Below are positions 13,737-29,081 of a stretch of DNA of 64,000 nucleotides, piece after piece. The stretch is taken from the NCBI RefSeq assembly GCF_006345805.1, contig NC_043016.1:2666001-2730000 (forward strand). Direction: 5' to 3'. The stretch is from Octopus sinensis (taxonomy: Eukaryota). Numbering within the stretch: position 1 is the first letter of the stretch; every line of letters starts with the position of its first letter. Under the pieces are notes generated by a model, which saw nothing but the letters and a program-made list of their open reading frames with translations, made no database searches and was not told where the DNA came from. A program made the position numbers and the translations under genes.

Positions 13737-13863
13737 CGGTAGTAGCGGTAGTAGCGGTAGTAGTAGTAGGGATGTACATGAAATATAACTACTGAAAAAT
13801 AAGAATAAAATAATGTGGAGGACCAGTATAAAATAATTGATAGATGATGGTGGAGATGTTGGA

Positions 13864-13901
<38 letters not shown>

Positions 13902-14266
13902 AGGACGAGGACGATAATGATATCGATGCTGTTGTTAGTGAAATTAATATACCATTAAGTACAATGACGCTACAGTGGTATTCATTGCAAATATTTACCG
14001 GTTATTATTTGGATCAGATGTGAAGCAACTCCTTGATTTCTCTCACACACTTGGTAAATGAATACATCATATTGATTATACTTATAGCACTAGTAATAAT
14101 CAGTTTATCGACCAGAGGTAGATTCTAAAAAAAACAAAAACAAACATATTTCTGCAGTACAATATTAACTTAGCGAAATTGTACAATTAAGACTTATATA
14201 ATGTACCATACACACATATCTATAAAGAGACACAACATATAAAATATAATCAGGATATATATATTA

Positions 14267-14337
<71 letters not shown>

Positions 14338-14753
14338 TTATGTATAGATTAATCAGCCGAAATTGCGAAGATGATCCGGTCCTTGACTGAGGATAGAAAG
14401 CTTCGAAAGACCCGTCCTTGTTTTTTTGTATATGTCTATCTTGATGTTTTGTTGTCCCTTTATGTATCACCTAGTTGAACGGATGTTTTGCATTCTTGTC
14501 CCCTTTTGTATTTTATATATATAAAGAGACGAAAGAGTACGTACGCCGATATATGTATATAAAAAAAGAATATAAAATGATGATACAAAATAGGGACAAC
14601 AAAACATCCAGAGTGCTGTTACTCGACTGACGAAAGAAAACTCCGAATGACCCCTCCTTGTTTTTTCTTGTCCCGTTTTTGTATCATCTGTCTGGATATT
14701 TTGCGTTCTTGTCCCATGGTTTGTATTCATATAAATACATATATACACACACA

Positions 14754-14799
<46 letters not shown>

Positions 14800-14814
14800 G
14801 TATATACAATATAT

Positions 14815-14865
<51 letters not shown>

Positions 14866-14867
<2 letters not shown>

Positions 14868-15360
14868 CGGGAAGGTTTACGAAAATAAACAAGGACGAAG
14901 GCAGGTGGAGTACAACAAACAAACATATTAGTATGGCGCTCAGGAATAGAAATAGAACAAGTATTTTACGTTTCGAGCCTATGCTCTTCGACAGAAAGAT
15001 ACACAGAAAAGAAACAAGGAGAGAAACAAGGAGAGAAAAAAATATGCGTGTAGGAGCTAACGATCTAACATATATATAAATATGGTTGAAATTTACAGAA
15101 AAACAAAAGACGAAAGCAAGTGTATTAATTTGACGCTCGGGAAAAAATGTAAAAGTCTTTTACGTTTCGAGCCTACGCTCTTCAGAAAAATAAATAAGAG
15201 AAGATAACCAGAGAGTCAATGAAAAAATCTTGTAGATTTCAGTGATATAGTTCAAATTTACAGTAAACAAGAGACAAGTGGGGTACGACAAACAGGTGTA
15301 TTAGTTTAACGCTCGTGGTGAATGCGAAAGTCTTTGACATTTCGAGTCTATGCTCTTCAT
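14866..15360 (-). repeat. Three diverged tandem copies of a hammerhead-bearing repeat (family A); a further copy lies at about 57290-57400
   Basis: Recurrent plus-strand block TTTTAC(G/A)TTTCGAG(C/T)CTA(T/C)GCTCTTC at about 14964, 15158, 15334 and 57375. Confidence 0.75.
14961..15002 (-). ncRNA. Minimal type I hammerhead-like motif, family A copy 1 (core A6 mutated)
   Basis: GTATCTTT-CTGTCGA-A-GAGC-ATAG-GCTC-GAAA-CG-TA-AAATAC; stem III palindrome ACGT. Confidence 0.65.
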
Positions 15361-15898
15361 ACATATATACATACAGACGTCCCCCCCCCCGCCACATAAA
15401 TATTCTATGCGAACATGTATGTATGCGTAGGTGTCTGGGTTGTTTTGTATGTATAAGAATATATATTGTTCTGGGAAAGTCATTAATCTGCATTCAGGTA
15501 TGAGGCTCCACCTCGAAAGTTTACAATATTTAGAAAGTGGTTAAGTTTAGTTACTAGATACACACATGTTCTGCCCCCATGTGGTAGATTCTGTCATGGG
15601 TTCCTGTCGTAGATGAAACATACATGGCATCTGCAGATATGGATGTATATATGCATGTATGTTTGTATGTTTGTTTTTATGTGTGTCTGAGTGTGTGTGT
15701 TTTTGGGTGCATATAAGTATGTCAAAGGCATGAAGGTGACTTGAACCATGAGAAGTAAAGAATCAGGAATAAAAGCTTGTACGGTATGCAAGACTCCTTG
15801 AGAAACGATGAAAAACAAATGAAAGGTCGCCGGAGTAAACGATGATAAAATGATAGTAGCAGTAGTAGTAGTGGTGGTGTTTGCAGTAATAATAATAA

Positions 15899-15932
<34 letters not shown>

Positions 15933-15953
15933 TAATAATAATAATAATAATAA

Positions 15954-16742
15954 TGGTTGAGAAGCAGAGACAGAGGGATTTTTAATTGCAGCACAAGACC
16001 AAAGCCTCCCCACCAGAAATTACCAAAAACATGTAATGAAAAGAAATATTACAAGTAACTGCAGAATATGTGGAGATGGACAAGAAACAATAAATCATAT
16101 ATTATCTCTAGCTGCCCAGTCCTGGCTAAGAAGTAATATATTCACAGACATGACAGAGTTGGAACCTACATACATTGGAAGCTATGCCAACATTATGGAA
16201 TAACCAACAGAAAAAAGATGGTATAGGCACACACCAGAAAAGGTCACAGAAAACGAGAAAGCAACCATACTCTGGGATATGCCGATACACACAGATAGAG
16301 AAATTAAGGCCAACAGACCAGATATAGTTGTCAGAGATCATGAAGAAGAAAAATGCTTTGTAATTGATGTATCAATACCGGCAGATGACAACGTGTCTCT
16401 AAAAGAAATGGAGAAACTTTCAAAATACAAGACCTGGAAATAGAGGTAACCAGAATGTGGAATCTAAAAACAGAAACAATTCCTATCATAGTAGGTGCAT
16501 TAGGCATGATAAAAAAATATTCAGATAAATACATAACAAAAACACCAGGACTTACAAACACATATAACATACAGAAAATTGCACTACTAGGCACTGCACA
16601 CATCCTACGCAGAACACTTTCCATACAATAACCATCAGAGCATCACAACAAATCACAGCACATACCCAAGGCACACAGAGCTGCGCTCGGTAGTGAAGTG
16701 AAAGCACACCATAAAAATAAAACTACTGAATAATAATAATAA
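15954..16742 (+). mobile_element. R4/Dong-clade non-LTR 3' fragment (CCHC plus restriction-like endonuclease), (TAA)n on both sides
   Basis: LIAAQDQSLPTRNYQK, CRICGDGQETINHIISSC, WDMPIHTDREIKANRPDIVV..CFVIDVSIP (PD..D/E motif), GTAHILRRTLS. Confidence 0.9.
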
Positions 16743-17064
16743 GCATGTGAGAGAGCGATAAAACACTGCTCAGAAATTTATCTACAAACATCGAAAACAA
16801 AGACATCGCATGGAGCCAAAATTAGCTGACAAAGGATTGGACTTTATCCGAGTAAGTAGTACTCATTGAAATTTATTACTCTTTTCAAAATGAAATGATG
16901 TATTTTAACTTGATATTATCTCCACTGCTCGCACAGCACATGTAAACACGCTTCATACACTACGATCCATCAATACTAGACCATCTCCGTCCCCAAACAC
17001 CATGTACAAAAAAATAAATTAAAATAAATTAAATAATTAAATAATTACAAATAAATTAAATAAT

Positions 17065-17545
17065 ACCGGTATTATTCAACCCAACAATAACAGTCGGGAA
17101 GTGCGTAGTTTAAACTTCTTACACAAAAAGTACGAAAAGCTACACGTGAAAAACAATGTGACTACAGAAATGAACGGACCGGTACCCTACGAAAATGATG
17201 ACCGTCAAAATAAAGGGCCGGACGTTGTTTTTCATGTCCCGTAAATAAAACGAAAAAGGCATAAATGGACAAGTGAGGAATATATTTCTATCTTACGCGC
17301 TTACTTTACAGCAGTGCTCAACCCAAAGAACGAAAACACAACAATATATACATATAAAATATGGAAGAAAAAATAACATAAGTAAACACCAGGACTCAGA
17401 AATATATAAAACATAGAGAAAATAGCACTACAAGACACTGCACACATCCTATGTAAAACCCTTTCAATACAGTAACCCAAGGCACACAGAGCTGCTTTCG
17501 GTAGTGAAATGAAAGCACGTTATAAAAATAAAACTACTGAATAAT
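17065..17545 (+). mobile_element. Internally deleted R4/Dong derivative (putative N-terminal ORF piece joined to the 3' end)
   Basis: 17251-17376 reads RKRHKWTSEEYISILRAYFTAVLNP..TYKIW. 17380-17540 is homologous to the 3' end of the copy at 16545-16730. Confidence 0.6.
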
Positions 17546-19841
<2,296 letters not shown>

Positions 19842-20091
19842 TATCCAGGCTTACCATCCCTGCAGGAAGTGCAAAAAATCGTATTAACTGGAACGGCTCA
19901 TGTACTGAGAGAGCATTATCGCTGTGAAAAACATCCATCCATGAATTTATTTATTTATTAATTTTTAATACATATTTTATCTGTGAATTTGCGCGTGTAA
20001 TCTGGGAATGCATACAATGAGCTTCTCTGCCCTAGGTGTACGGAAAACACTCGGCGAGAAACGGAAGAAAATTTGAAGAAGAAGGAAAAGC

Positions 20092-20092
<1 letters not shown>
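19842..20092 (+). mobile_element. 3' tip of a second R4/Dong lineage, embedded in (TAA)n
   Basis: PGLPSLQEVQKIVLTGTAHVLR, then a distinct 3' UTR with a stem-loop (TTCTCTGCC...GGCGAGAA), then (TAA)n. Confidence 0.7.
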
Positions 20093-20174
<82 letters not shown>

Positions 20175-20204
20175 GTAATAGTAATAGTAATAGTGATAAT
20201 GATA

Positions 20205-20277
<73 letters not shown>

Positions 20278-20280
<3 letters not shown>

Positions 20281-21030
20281 CCAAAGCCTCCCCACCAGAA
20301 ATTACCAAAAACATGTAATGAAAAGAAATATTACAAGTAACTGCAGAATATGTGGAGATGGACAAGAAACAATAAATCATATTATCTCTAGCTGCCCAGT
20401 CCTGGCTAAGAAGGAATATATTCACAACATGACTGACAGAGTTGGAACTACATACATTGGAAGCTATACCAACATTATGGAATAACAACAGAAAAAAGAT
20501 GGTATAGGCACACCACCAAAAAAGTCACAGAAAACGAGAAAGCAACCATACTCTGGGATATTCCGATACACACAGATAGAGAAATTAAGGCCAACAGACC
20601 AGATATAGTTGTCAGAGATCATGAAGAAAAAAAATGCTTTCTAATTGATGTATCAATACCGGCTGATGACAACGTGTCTCTAAAAGAAATGGAGAAACTC
20701 TCAAAAATACAAAGACCTGGAAATAGAGGTAACTAGAATGTGGAATCTGAAAACAGAAACAATTCCTATCATAGTAGGTGCATTAGGCATGATAAAAAAA
20801 TATTCAGACAAATACATAACAAAAACACCAGGACTTACAAACACATATAACATACAGAAAATTGCACTACTAGGCACTGCACACATCCTACGCAGAACAC
20901 TTTCAATACAGTAACCATCAGAGCATCACAACAAATCACAGCACATACCCAAGGCACACAGAGCTACGCTCGGTAGTGAAGTGAAAGCACGCTATAAAAA
21001 TAAAACTACTGAATAATAATAATAATAATA
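20278..21030 (+). mobile_element. R4/Dong 3' fragment nearly identical to 15997-16742, (TAA)n on both sides
   Basis: Direct sequence match; same endonuclease motifs. Confidence 0.9.
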
Positions 21031-21032
21031 AT

Positions 21033-21165
21033 CCTTTATACTATAGGCACAAGACTCGAAAATTTGTGGGGAAGGGCTATTCGATTACATCACCACGAGT
21101 GCGTAACTGGTACTTTTTGTTTTCATCGATGCTTGAAAAGATGAAAGGCAAAGTCGACCTGAAAG
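21033..21165 (-). mobile_element. Partial tRNA-derived SINE (octopus OR-like), 3' part
   Basis: Matches the body and tail of the SINE at 52957-53172. Confidence 0.65.
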
Positions 21166-21555
21166 AACTAGAGTAGCAAGAATATGTTGATTGAAAAACA
21201 CGTAGGAATAAAGGTAAAAGTGAAGAATGAATGACAGGTAAAAGGTGACGGTAATGATAAGGACGGCGGCGGCAATAACGATGATTATGAAATAATTCAC
21301 TTTGTTGATGATAAAGATGATAGTGATGACGGTTTTTGCAGATGATAAGAACAATGATGTTAATACCATTAAGTTTTAGCTTCGGTTCAAAATTGATCGA
21401 ACAGGCGTGTAATTATAGTCACGCAGCCATGACCAACCAAGCCATTATTGTTTTCCAAGATTAATGTGTCTGCACTGTCAATTATTGTCTTTCTGTGTAA
21501 TTTAGAAGAGATTTTACCGCTATTTCCAGCAGTTAAATCGTAACATTGGTGTACT

Positions 21556-21927
21556 TTTTATTCTTCCCACTCTAGGCACAAGGCCCAAAATTTTGCGGGA
21601 TGGGGCCAGTCCATTAGATCGACTCCAGTACGCAACTTGTATTTAATTTTTCGACCCCAAAGTCGTTTTCGGCGGAATTTGAACTCAGAACATAAAGACA
21701 GATGAAATACCTATTTCTTTACGACACAGAAGGGACAAACAAGGACAGACAAACGGATTAAGTCGATTACATCGACCCCAGTGCGTAACTGGTAGTTAAT
21801 TTATCGACCCCGAAAGGATGAAAGGCAAAGTCGACCACGGCGGAATTTGAACTCAGAACTTAGCGGCAGATGAAATACCGCTAAGCATTTCGCCCGGAGT
21901 GTTACCGTTTCTGCCAGCTCACCGCTT
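21556..21927 (-). mobile_element. Two tandem or nested tRNA-derived SINEs (octopus OR-like)
   Basis: Head GCGGTGAGCTGGCAGAAACGGTAAC with B-box-like GTTCTGAGTTCAAATTCC; the body is repeated twice. Confidence 0.8.
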
Positions 21928-22284
21928 TGGCGTACCTTTTGTTGACTTGGTCATGAAAATGGTGATATAGTTACTGCTGCTGCTGTTGAAGATGATGATG
22001 ATGATGATGATGATGAAAAAAAAATATATGGTTGTGGTCGGTGATGGTTGGGAGAGTGCAGAAGTTTTGCAAACAGGAAATCGCTCATTTTTGATGCCTA
22101 TACAAAAAAAAAAAAAATTGTTTTCTGAAATCGTACTTGGTTTGAACGAATTTTGTCTATCCACCTGCTTCTTAACACGAGTCCAATACCTGACAGGCAC
22201 GCGTCTCAGTACAGAACACTGGTGTGATGTTGGACAGCGTGACTGATGGGGTGGGGTAGCTGGTAGGAGGCAATTGCGATTAGG

Positions 22285-22572
<288 letters not shown>

Positions 22573-22672
22573 GATACCTGCAGAATTACGCCACACTGAA
22601 TTATGATGGTGACAGCGAGGATTGATTCTGTAAAATGCGATGATATAGATGGCGACGGTGACAATGAAATTA

Positions 22673-22728
<56 letters not shown>

Positions 22729-23149
22729 ATTGAGCTATTTAAAATATCTTGACAGTGACAAGCGAAAGAAACACGCACGTGCTTGAAGACAAACGCGTGC
22801 ACATGCGCACACATATCTATACGGGCACGCTCCAAACAAGCAAAACAGGAACAATGAAAACATATACATACAGAAACATACAAAAGTAATTACACACGCA
22901 AATATTCTCTTTCTCTCAAGCCCGCCCGCCCCCCCCCCTCAGGTTTCTATTTTCTATTTTCTCTGAGAATCTATTTCTTCCAGTTTCTGCAACTGGTGAA
23001 CACACCTCCACACATATTACACCAACGCACTCCGCTGTATATCATGATTAAAAGATAACAAACGCCTTCTGTTCCCCTAGATAACTGGCTACGTTCATGG
23101 ACAAATATAAAGACGGAAAGAGTAAAAGTGGAGGCTAGATAGAAAGGAC

Positions 23150-23228
<79 letters not shown>

Positions 23229-23509
23229 GGCGGAGAAATGTTGCCATCATGACGTTAGAATGTTATTATCTACATGCTGATACTGATGTTTGGAAAATTG
23301 ATGTGGATGTACATTCAGGTGTAAATGAACACACATGCGCCCTCAAATATATGATCGAAGTAATTCTATCCGTGGCCATCCCAACTATGCTCCACACCTA
23401 GGCCATCACCAAACATATTTCGTATATTTAGACGGCAAAGAGAAATGGGCGGTATTACGATGAGCAACACAGTAGAGACTGGCACCTTAGCTCTTGTGTT
23501 TCTGCTTGC

Positions 23510-24020
23510 TTGCATACATACATACGTACATACATACATACATACATACATACACATGCATACATACATACATACATACATGCATACATACATACATGCA
23601 TACATACATACATATTCATACATACATACATACATACATACATACATGCATGCATACATACATTCATGCATACATACATACATGCATACATACATACATA
23701 CATACACACATACATACATACATACATACATACATACAAACATACATACATACATACATACATACAAACATACATACATACATACATACATACATGCATG
23801 CATACATATATACATACATACATACATACATACATGCATACATACATACATATATACATACATACATGCATACATACATACATACATACATAAATACATA
23901 GTACATACATACATACATATATACATACATACATACATACATTCATACATACATACATACATACATACATACATGCATACATACATATTCATTCATACAT
24001 ACATACATACATACATACAT
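23510..24020. repeat. (TACA)n microsatellite
   Basis: Direct reading. Confidence 0.95.
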
Positions 24021-24039
24021 GCCATTATGAAAGTAATAA

Positions 24040-25310
24040 CATCTCTATATCAGAACAAGCAGCTGAGAGGAAGGGGATCCGGGTATGTGCCGAGCAATTG
24101 CTAATAAACAAAACTGTGACGTCAGATGTCTGAGAGCATTGGAAGAATTTAGTTTCCCAGTGGCTTGACTACAGGAAAACCTTTGGCTCTGTTCCTCACT
24201 CATGGATGCAAGAAGCCCTTCACCTTGCTAAAGTTCCAGTGAGAAAAGTCAAAGGCATAGCTGACCTGACTTCATCGTGGACCACCATCTTGTAATTAAA
24301 CACGAAGAGCGACTGTATTATCACCGTTAGAATACAGCATCGCAAAGGGATATTCCAAGGGGACAGCGTCTCTGTTTATACTTTCTGTAAAGCCCTTGTC
24401 ATTGATGTTAAGGAAGTCTGAGGGATATTTCACTGGTTCACAAGGAAACAGAAATACCAAAATTACTCACTGTTTATTTGTGGTTGACTTAAAACTTTAT
24501 GCAAAGAATATGGATGAGATGAAAAAGAGCCTTGGCCAATTTACAACATTCTTGGAGTTTGGTCAGGATAAATGTTGTTATATGGTTGTGAAAAGGGGAA
24601 GAACTATAAACCAGACTAGTAACATCTCCATCAATGATTTGACCGTTTCCCCTAAACCTGACGTGGAATGCTACAGTTATCTATGAGTGGACGAAAATAT
24701 ATCCTACATTGGCACCTGTAACAAAACACATGTTACTAAAGAATATTACAACCGAATAAAGAAAATTGGAACCTCAGAACTCTCTGCATTCAATAAAACA
24801 GTGACATGCAATGTGTTTGCAGTGGCAGTACTTATACCATTTGGGCTGCTCGATTGGACGCTTGATGAGATTCGATCCATTGATGTGAAAACCCGAAAAA
24901 CACTAAGAAACACACATAATTTCCACATAAACAGTGACGTACACCGTCTCTATCTAAAACGAAAACAAGGCGACAGAGGCTTAACATTGCTCCAAAATAC
25001 CCTTGAACGTCGCATCATATCCCTTCGGCAACATCTTTTAACCACAAAATGTCGAAGTGCATCCCTCGATGAAGTTTACATACATGAGGCTGATAACATC
25101 ATATGACTTGGAAGGCAGCTCTTTGTCTGATAACCTGGAATACATGTCCAAATAAGTCACACGACTCTACTGCAACGTATCATCAGATGAAAGGACGAGC
25201 ATGTATGAGCAGAAGACTATGTATGGATATGTTAGCAGAAAGCTCCGAGATGATAGTAACATTGATCATCAAAGTAGTTTATCATGGACCAACAGCCGGA
25301 TTATAACCAC
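24040..25310 (+). mobile_element. Degenerate R4/Dong RT fragment
   Basis: KGIFQGDS, THCLFVVDLKLYAK (from YMDDLKLYAK), LDWTLDEIRSIDVKTRK..HINSDVHRLYLKRKQGDRGL. Confidence 0.8.
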
Positions 25311-25325
25311 CCACATCATATGTAT

Positions 25326-25358
<33 letters not shown>

Positions 25359-25449
25359 AAACATGTACATATGTATACATACATACATACATGCATACAT
25401 ATATATATATATATATATAATATATATATATATATATAAATATAAGACA

Positions 25450-26740
25450 GTTACCGCTAAGTGGTTAACTCTAGTGCTAAAAATAGCTCCTTATTCTGGT
25501 ATAGCCACCGAAGTTGTTTCCACCAAGAAATAACATTACCTTCAACGTAAGGAAAGTGAAATACAACGAAAAGATAGATTAATGCCGAACAATTGTTTCT
25601 TTATTAATATAATATGCAATTATACTCACATATTTATCTATAAATCATTAGCGGCATTTGTCTTCGATACAATTTATTAGACCCTCACGAGCGTCAAATA
25701 CCCATGCGGTCCAATCGATTGCATACATAGTTGTGATTCAGGTTCCCCACCAAAAGCATGGTAAGACTTAGTGGAAACGAATACTGCATATAATATTTAC
25801 TGCAGCATCATTAAATTTATAAATTCATAAATGAGGGGGAAAAATTAGATATTAATTTAATAATACCATCAGTTTAACACCAAGTGGCTTAGCACATAAA
25901 AAACCAGGGAGACAATACAAATTTATACATAAATATAGGTGAGTTACCGCTAAGTGGTTAACTCTAGTGCTAAAAATAGCTTCTTATTCTGGTATAGCCA
26001 CCGAAGTTGTTTCCACCAAGAAATAACATTACCTTCAACGTAAGGAAAGTGAAATACAACGAAAAGATAGATTAATGCCGAACAATTGTTTCTTTATTAA
26101 TATAATATCAATTATACTCACATATTTATCTATAAATCATTAGCGGCATTTGTCTTCGATACCATTTATTAGACCCTCACGAGCGTCAAATACCCATGCG
26201 GTCCAATCGTTGCATAATAGTTGTGATTCAGGTTCCCCACCAAAAGCATGGTAAGACTTAGTGGAAACGAATACTGCATATAATATTTACTGCAGCATCA
26301 TTAAATTTATAAATTCATAAATGAGGGGGAAAAATTAGATATTAATTTAATAATACCATCAGTTTAACACCAAGTGGCTTAGCACATAAAAACCAGGGAG
26401 ACAATACAATTTTATACATAAATATAGGTGAGTTACCGCTAAGTGGTTAACTCTAGTGCTAAAAATAGCTTCTTATTCTGGTATAGCCCCGAAGTTGTTT
26501 CCCCACCAGAAAAATAACATTACCTTCAACGTAAGGAAAGTGAAATACAACGAAAAGATAGATTAATGCCGAACAATTGTTTCTTTATTAATATAATATG
26601 CAATTATACTCACATATTTATCTATAAATCATCAGCGGCATTTGTCTTCGATACAATTTATTAGACCCTCACGAGCGTCAAATACCCATGCGGTCCAATC
26701 GATTGCATACATAGTTGTGATTCAGGTTTCCCGCCAAAAG
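25450..26740 (-). repeat. ~490-bp tandem repeat, 2.6 units, one hammerhead per unit (family B)
   Basis: Units start with GTTACCGCTAAGTGG at 25450, 25943 and 26432. Confidence 0.95.
26565..26642 (-). ncRNA. Type I hammerhead ribozyme, family B, intact core; copies at 25581-25658 and 26074-26150 have CTAATGA
   Basis: AATGCCG-CTGATGA-TTTAT..ATAAA-GAAA-CAATTG-TT-CGGCATT; 7-bp stem I, stem III palindrome ACAATTGT. Confidence 0.85.
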
Positions 26741-27005
26741 TGGTTTTTTATGTGCTAAGCCACTTGGTGTTAAACTGAAGGTATTATTAAATTAATATCT
26801 AATTTTCACCCTCAATTATGAATTTATAAATTTAATGATACTGCAGTAAATATTATATGCAGTACTCGTTTCCACTAAGTCTTACCATGCTTTTGGCGGG
26901 GAACCTGAATCACAACTATGTATGCAATCGATTGGACCGCATGGGTATTTGACGCTCGTGAGGGTCTAATAAATTGTATCGAAGACAAATGTCGCTGATG
27001 ATTTA
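26741..27005 (+). repeat. Inverted partial copy of the family B unit
   Basis: Reverse complement of about 25640-25905; ends just after CTGATGA. Confidence 0.93.
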
Positions 27006-27279
27006 AGTGACTTTTTTGTGAATTTTCTATCCAAAACCCAATCAAAATGCCAGAAACTTGATACGCCAATTGAATGTCAGCTAGCTGTATGTGATTGGTC
27101 GGAGATTTGGACAGTACTCGCGTGTATGTGCGCACGCACGCAGCTGTATATGCATGCACTAGCACTATAGTGCTAGTGTTATAATAATTTCATTAGAAAA
27201 TCGCATTTAAAATAAGAATATACCATTACACCGTAAAGCGCAAATTCAAATCAACCGGTCAAAAACTAAGGTGGATCTT

Positions 27280-27473
27280 TCTTTTATTTCTTACTTGCTT
27301 CAGTCATTAGATTATGGCCATACTGTAGCACCACCTTGAAAAGTCTTATAGTAAAAGGAATCAACCCCGGTACTTATGTTGTTTTTCATTTTCTTTAAGC
27401 CTGGTACTTATTCTATCACTTCTTAATCGAACCGCTAATTCGCAGTTGTTAAGTAGTGGAGGGGCACAAACAA

Positions 27474-27527
<54 letters not shown>

Positions 27528-27703
27528 CAACACATATATGTACGAAGGGTTTATGTCGGTTACCGCCTACTAAATACACTCATAAGGCTTTGGTCGACCA
27601 GAGGTTATAGTAGAAGACACTTACCGAAGGGACCACGCAGTGGAACTGAACCAGAAATCTAGTTGGTAAGTAAGTTTCTTACTACACAGCCACACCTGCG
27701 CCT
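27280..27703 (-). mobile_element. tRNA-derived SINE (octopus OK-like) with an internal (CA)n
   Basis: Head AGGCGCAGGTGTGGCTGTGT.GTAAGAA; same two-part body as 49862-50260 and 54608-55000. Confidence 0.8.
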
Positions 27704-27774
27704 GAGATGGAAACAAAGAATAAAAATAAAATAATTAACTAGATACATGAATAAATAAATGATCAGTTAAAGCC

Positions 27775-27996
27775 TACAAGATAGAGCTGAAAAGTTCCTG
27801 GCTTTGGGTAAAAGAAAATACAAGATGATCAGTTGATTATTATTTTATGAAACATAATCTCCTTTCAGATTCACACACATATTGTAGCTGTCCTTCAGTT
27901 TTTCTAGGCCTTATACAAAGTACTCGGATGGTTCGGCCGCTGACCAGGTCTTTCACGTTACCCTTAAAGCCAGGCATTTTTCAGCAGCCCCTCGTA
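27775..27996. mobile_element. Mariner-type MITE
   Basis: Imperfect terminal inverted repeats TACAAGATAGAGCTGAAAAGTTCCTGGCTTT / AAAGCCAGGCATTTTTCAGCAGCCCCTCGTA with TA ends. Confidence 0.7.
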
Positions 27997-28227
27997 TAAT
28001 TTTGCTTATCTTTATATATGGACAAGACTGAAACGTCCTCTCCCTATTGAGGATTAAGTATTGTTCAACTTTTTTCCATATTAAATTCGTTTACACGCAA
28101 AACAATCACAACACAGACTCACTCACATACACATACACATTCTTTATTTTGTCCTGTACTGTTCACAATGCTTTCTTAAGGTAAACCGTTTGTAGTTAAT
28201 AAAGAAATCATTACTATTATTATTACT

Positions 28228-28762
28228 CAGTGAGAGAGCAGTGCATGCCATCAAGGTTACACGAAGCCCTAAATGCCCACCATGACAACCCGTCTGATAA
28301 GGGTACACCAGGCACATGCATCGCAACCATATTAGCGCAACAAACTGATCTCATATCAAGATTAACACTGCATGACTTTGCAGGTGGGGCCCATTTAGAA
28401 TTTTTCCAGGGTCGAGTAGCCCATTCTGCTCAAATGGTCACTGAATAAGGATTGTTGAAGGATATTGAACGAACCACCCATGTTTCCAGAAGTGAATTAT
28501 CCAAACCCCAAAGAATCCATCTCAACACATGGTTATGATGCTCCCCCCTACTTCTGCTCGTGATCAGGGATGCACAAATCATCAGCCACTAAGGGACATG
28601 CTCACTGGTTAAGGTCAAACAAGTAAAAAGCAAATCTGTTGTATTGAGCAGAATATTTGCTGTAGCCCATCTTTTATAGCAAGGCAAAACATGTACATGA
28701 TAACACTTCCAATCAGTTAAGATCAGAAGCCATGAGAGCCACTGCCTGGTACTGCATCAGGG

Positions 28763-28765
<3 letters not shown>
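28228..28765 (+). mobile_element. Unclassified ~540-bp non-coding element flanked by ATT repeats, probably SINE-like
   Basis: Higher-GC block between a short ATT run and a long (ATT)n at 28765-29130; no ORF. Classification is by architecture only. Confidence 0.4.
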
Positions 28766-28840
<75 letters not shown>

Positions 28841-28907
28841 TTATATATTATTATTATCATTATTATTATTATTATTATATTATTATTATTATATTATATT
28901 ATCATTA

Positions 28908-28940
<33 letters not shown>

Positions 28941-28971
28941 CATTATTATTATTATTATATTATTATTATTA

Positions 28972-29081
<110 letters not shown>

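Noticed and set aside
14022-14057. Possible 36-nt micro-exon (DVKQLLDFSHTL), and a similar candidate near 22985
   Set aside because: AG/GT boundaries alone are too weak without homology or transcript evidence.
21880-21927. tRNA genes at SINE heads (also 52960-53050, 54940-55000 and 56810-56872)
   Set aside because: They have A/B-box-like motifs but no complete cloverleaf, and they run straight into SINE bodies.
25450-26740. Tandem arrays as CRISPR or plain satellite DNA
   Set aside because: The context is eukaryotic, there is no repeat-spacer alternation, and the units are long and carry a ribozyme motif.
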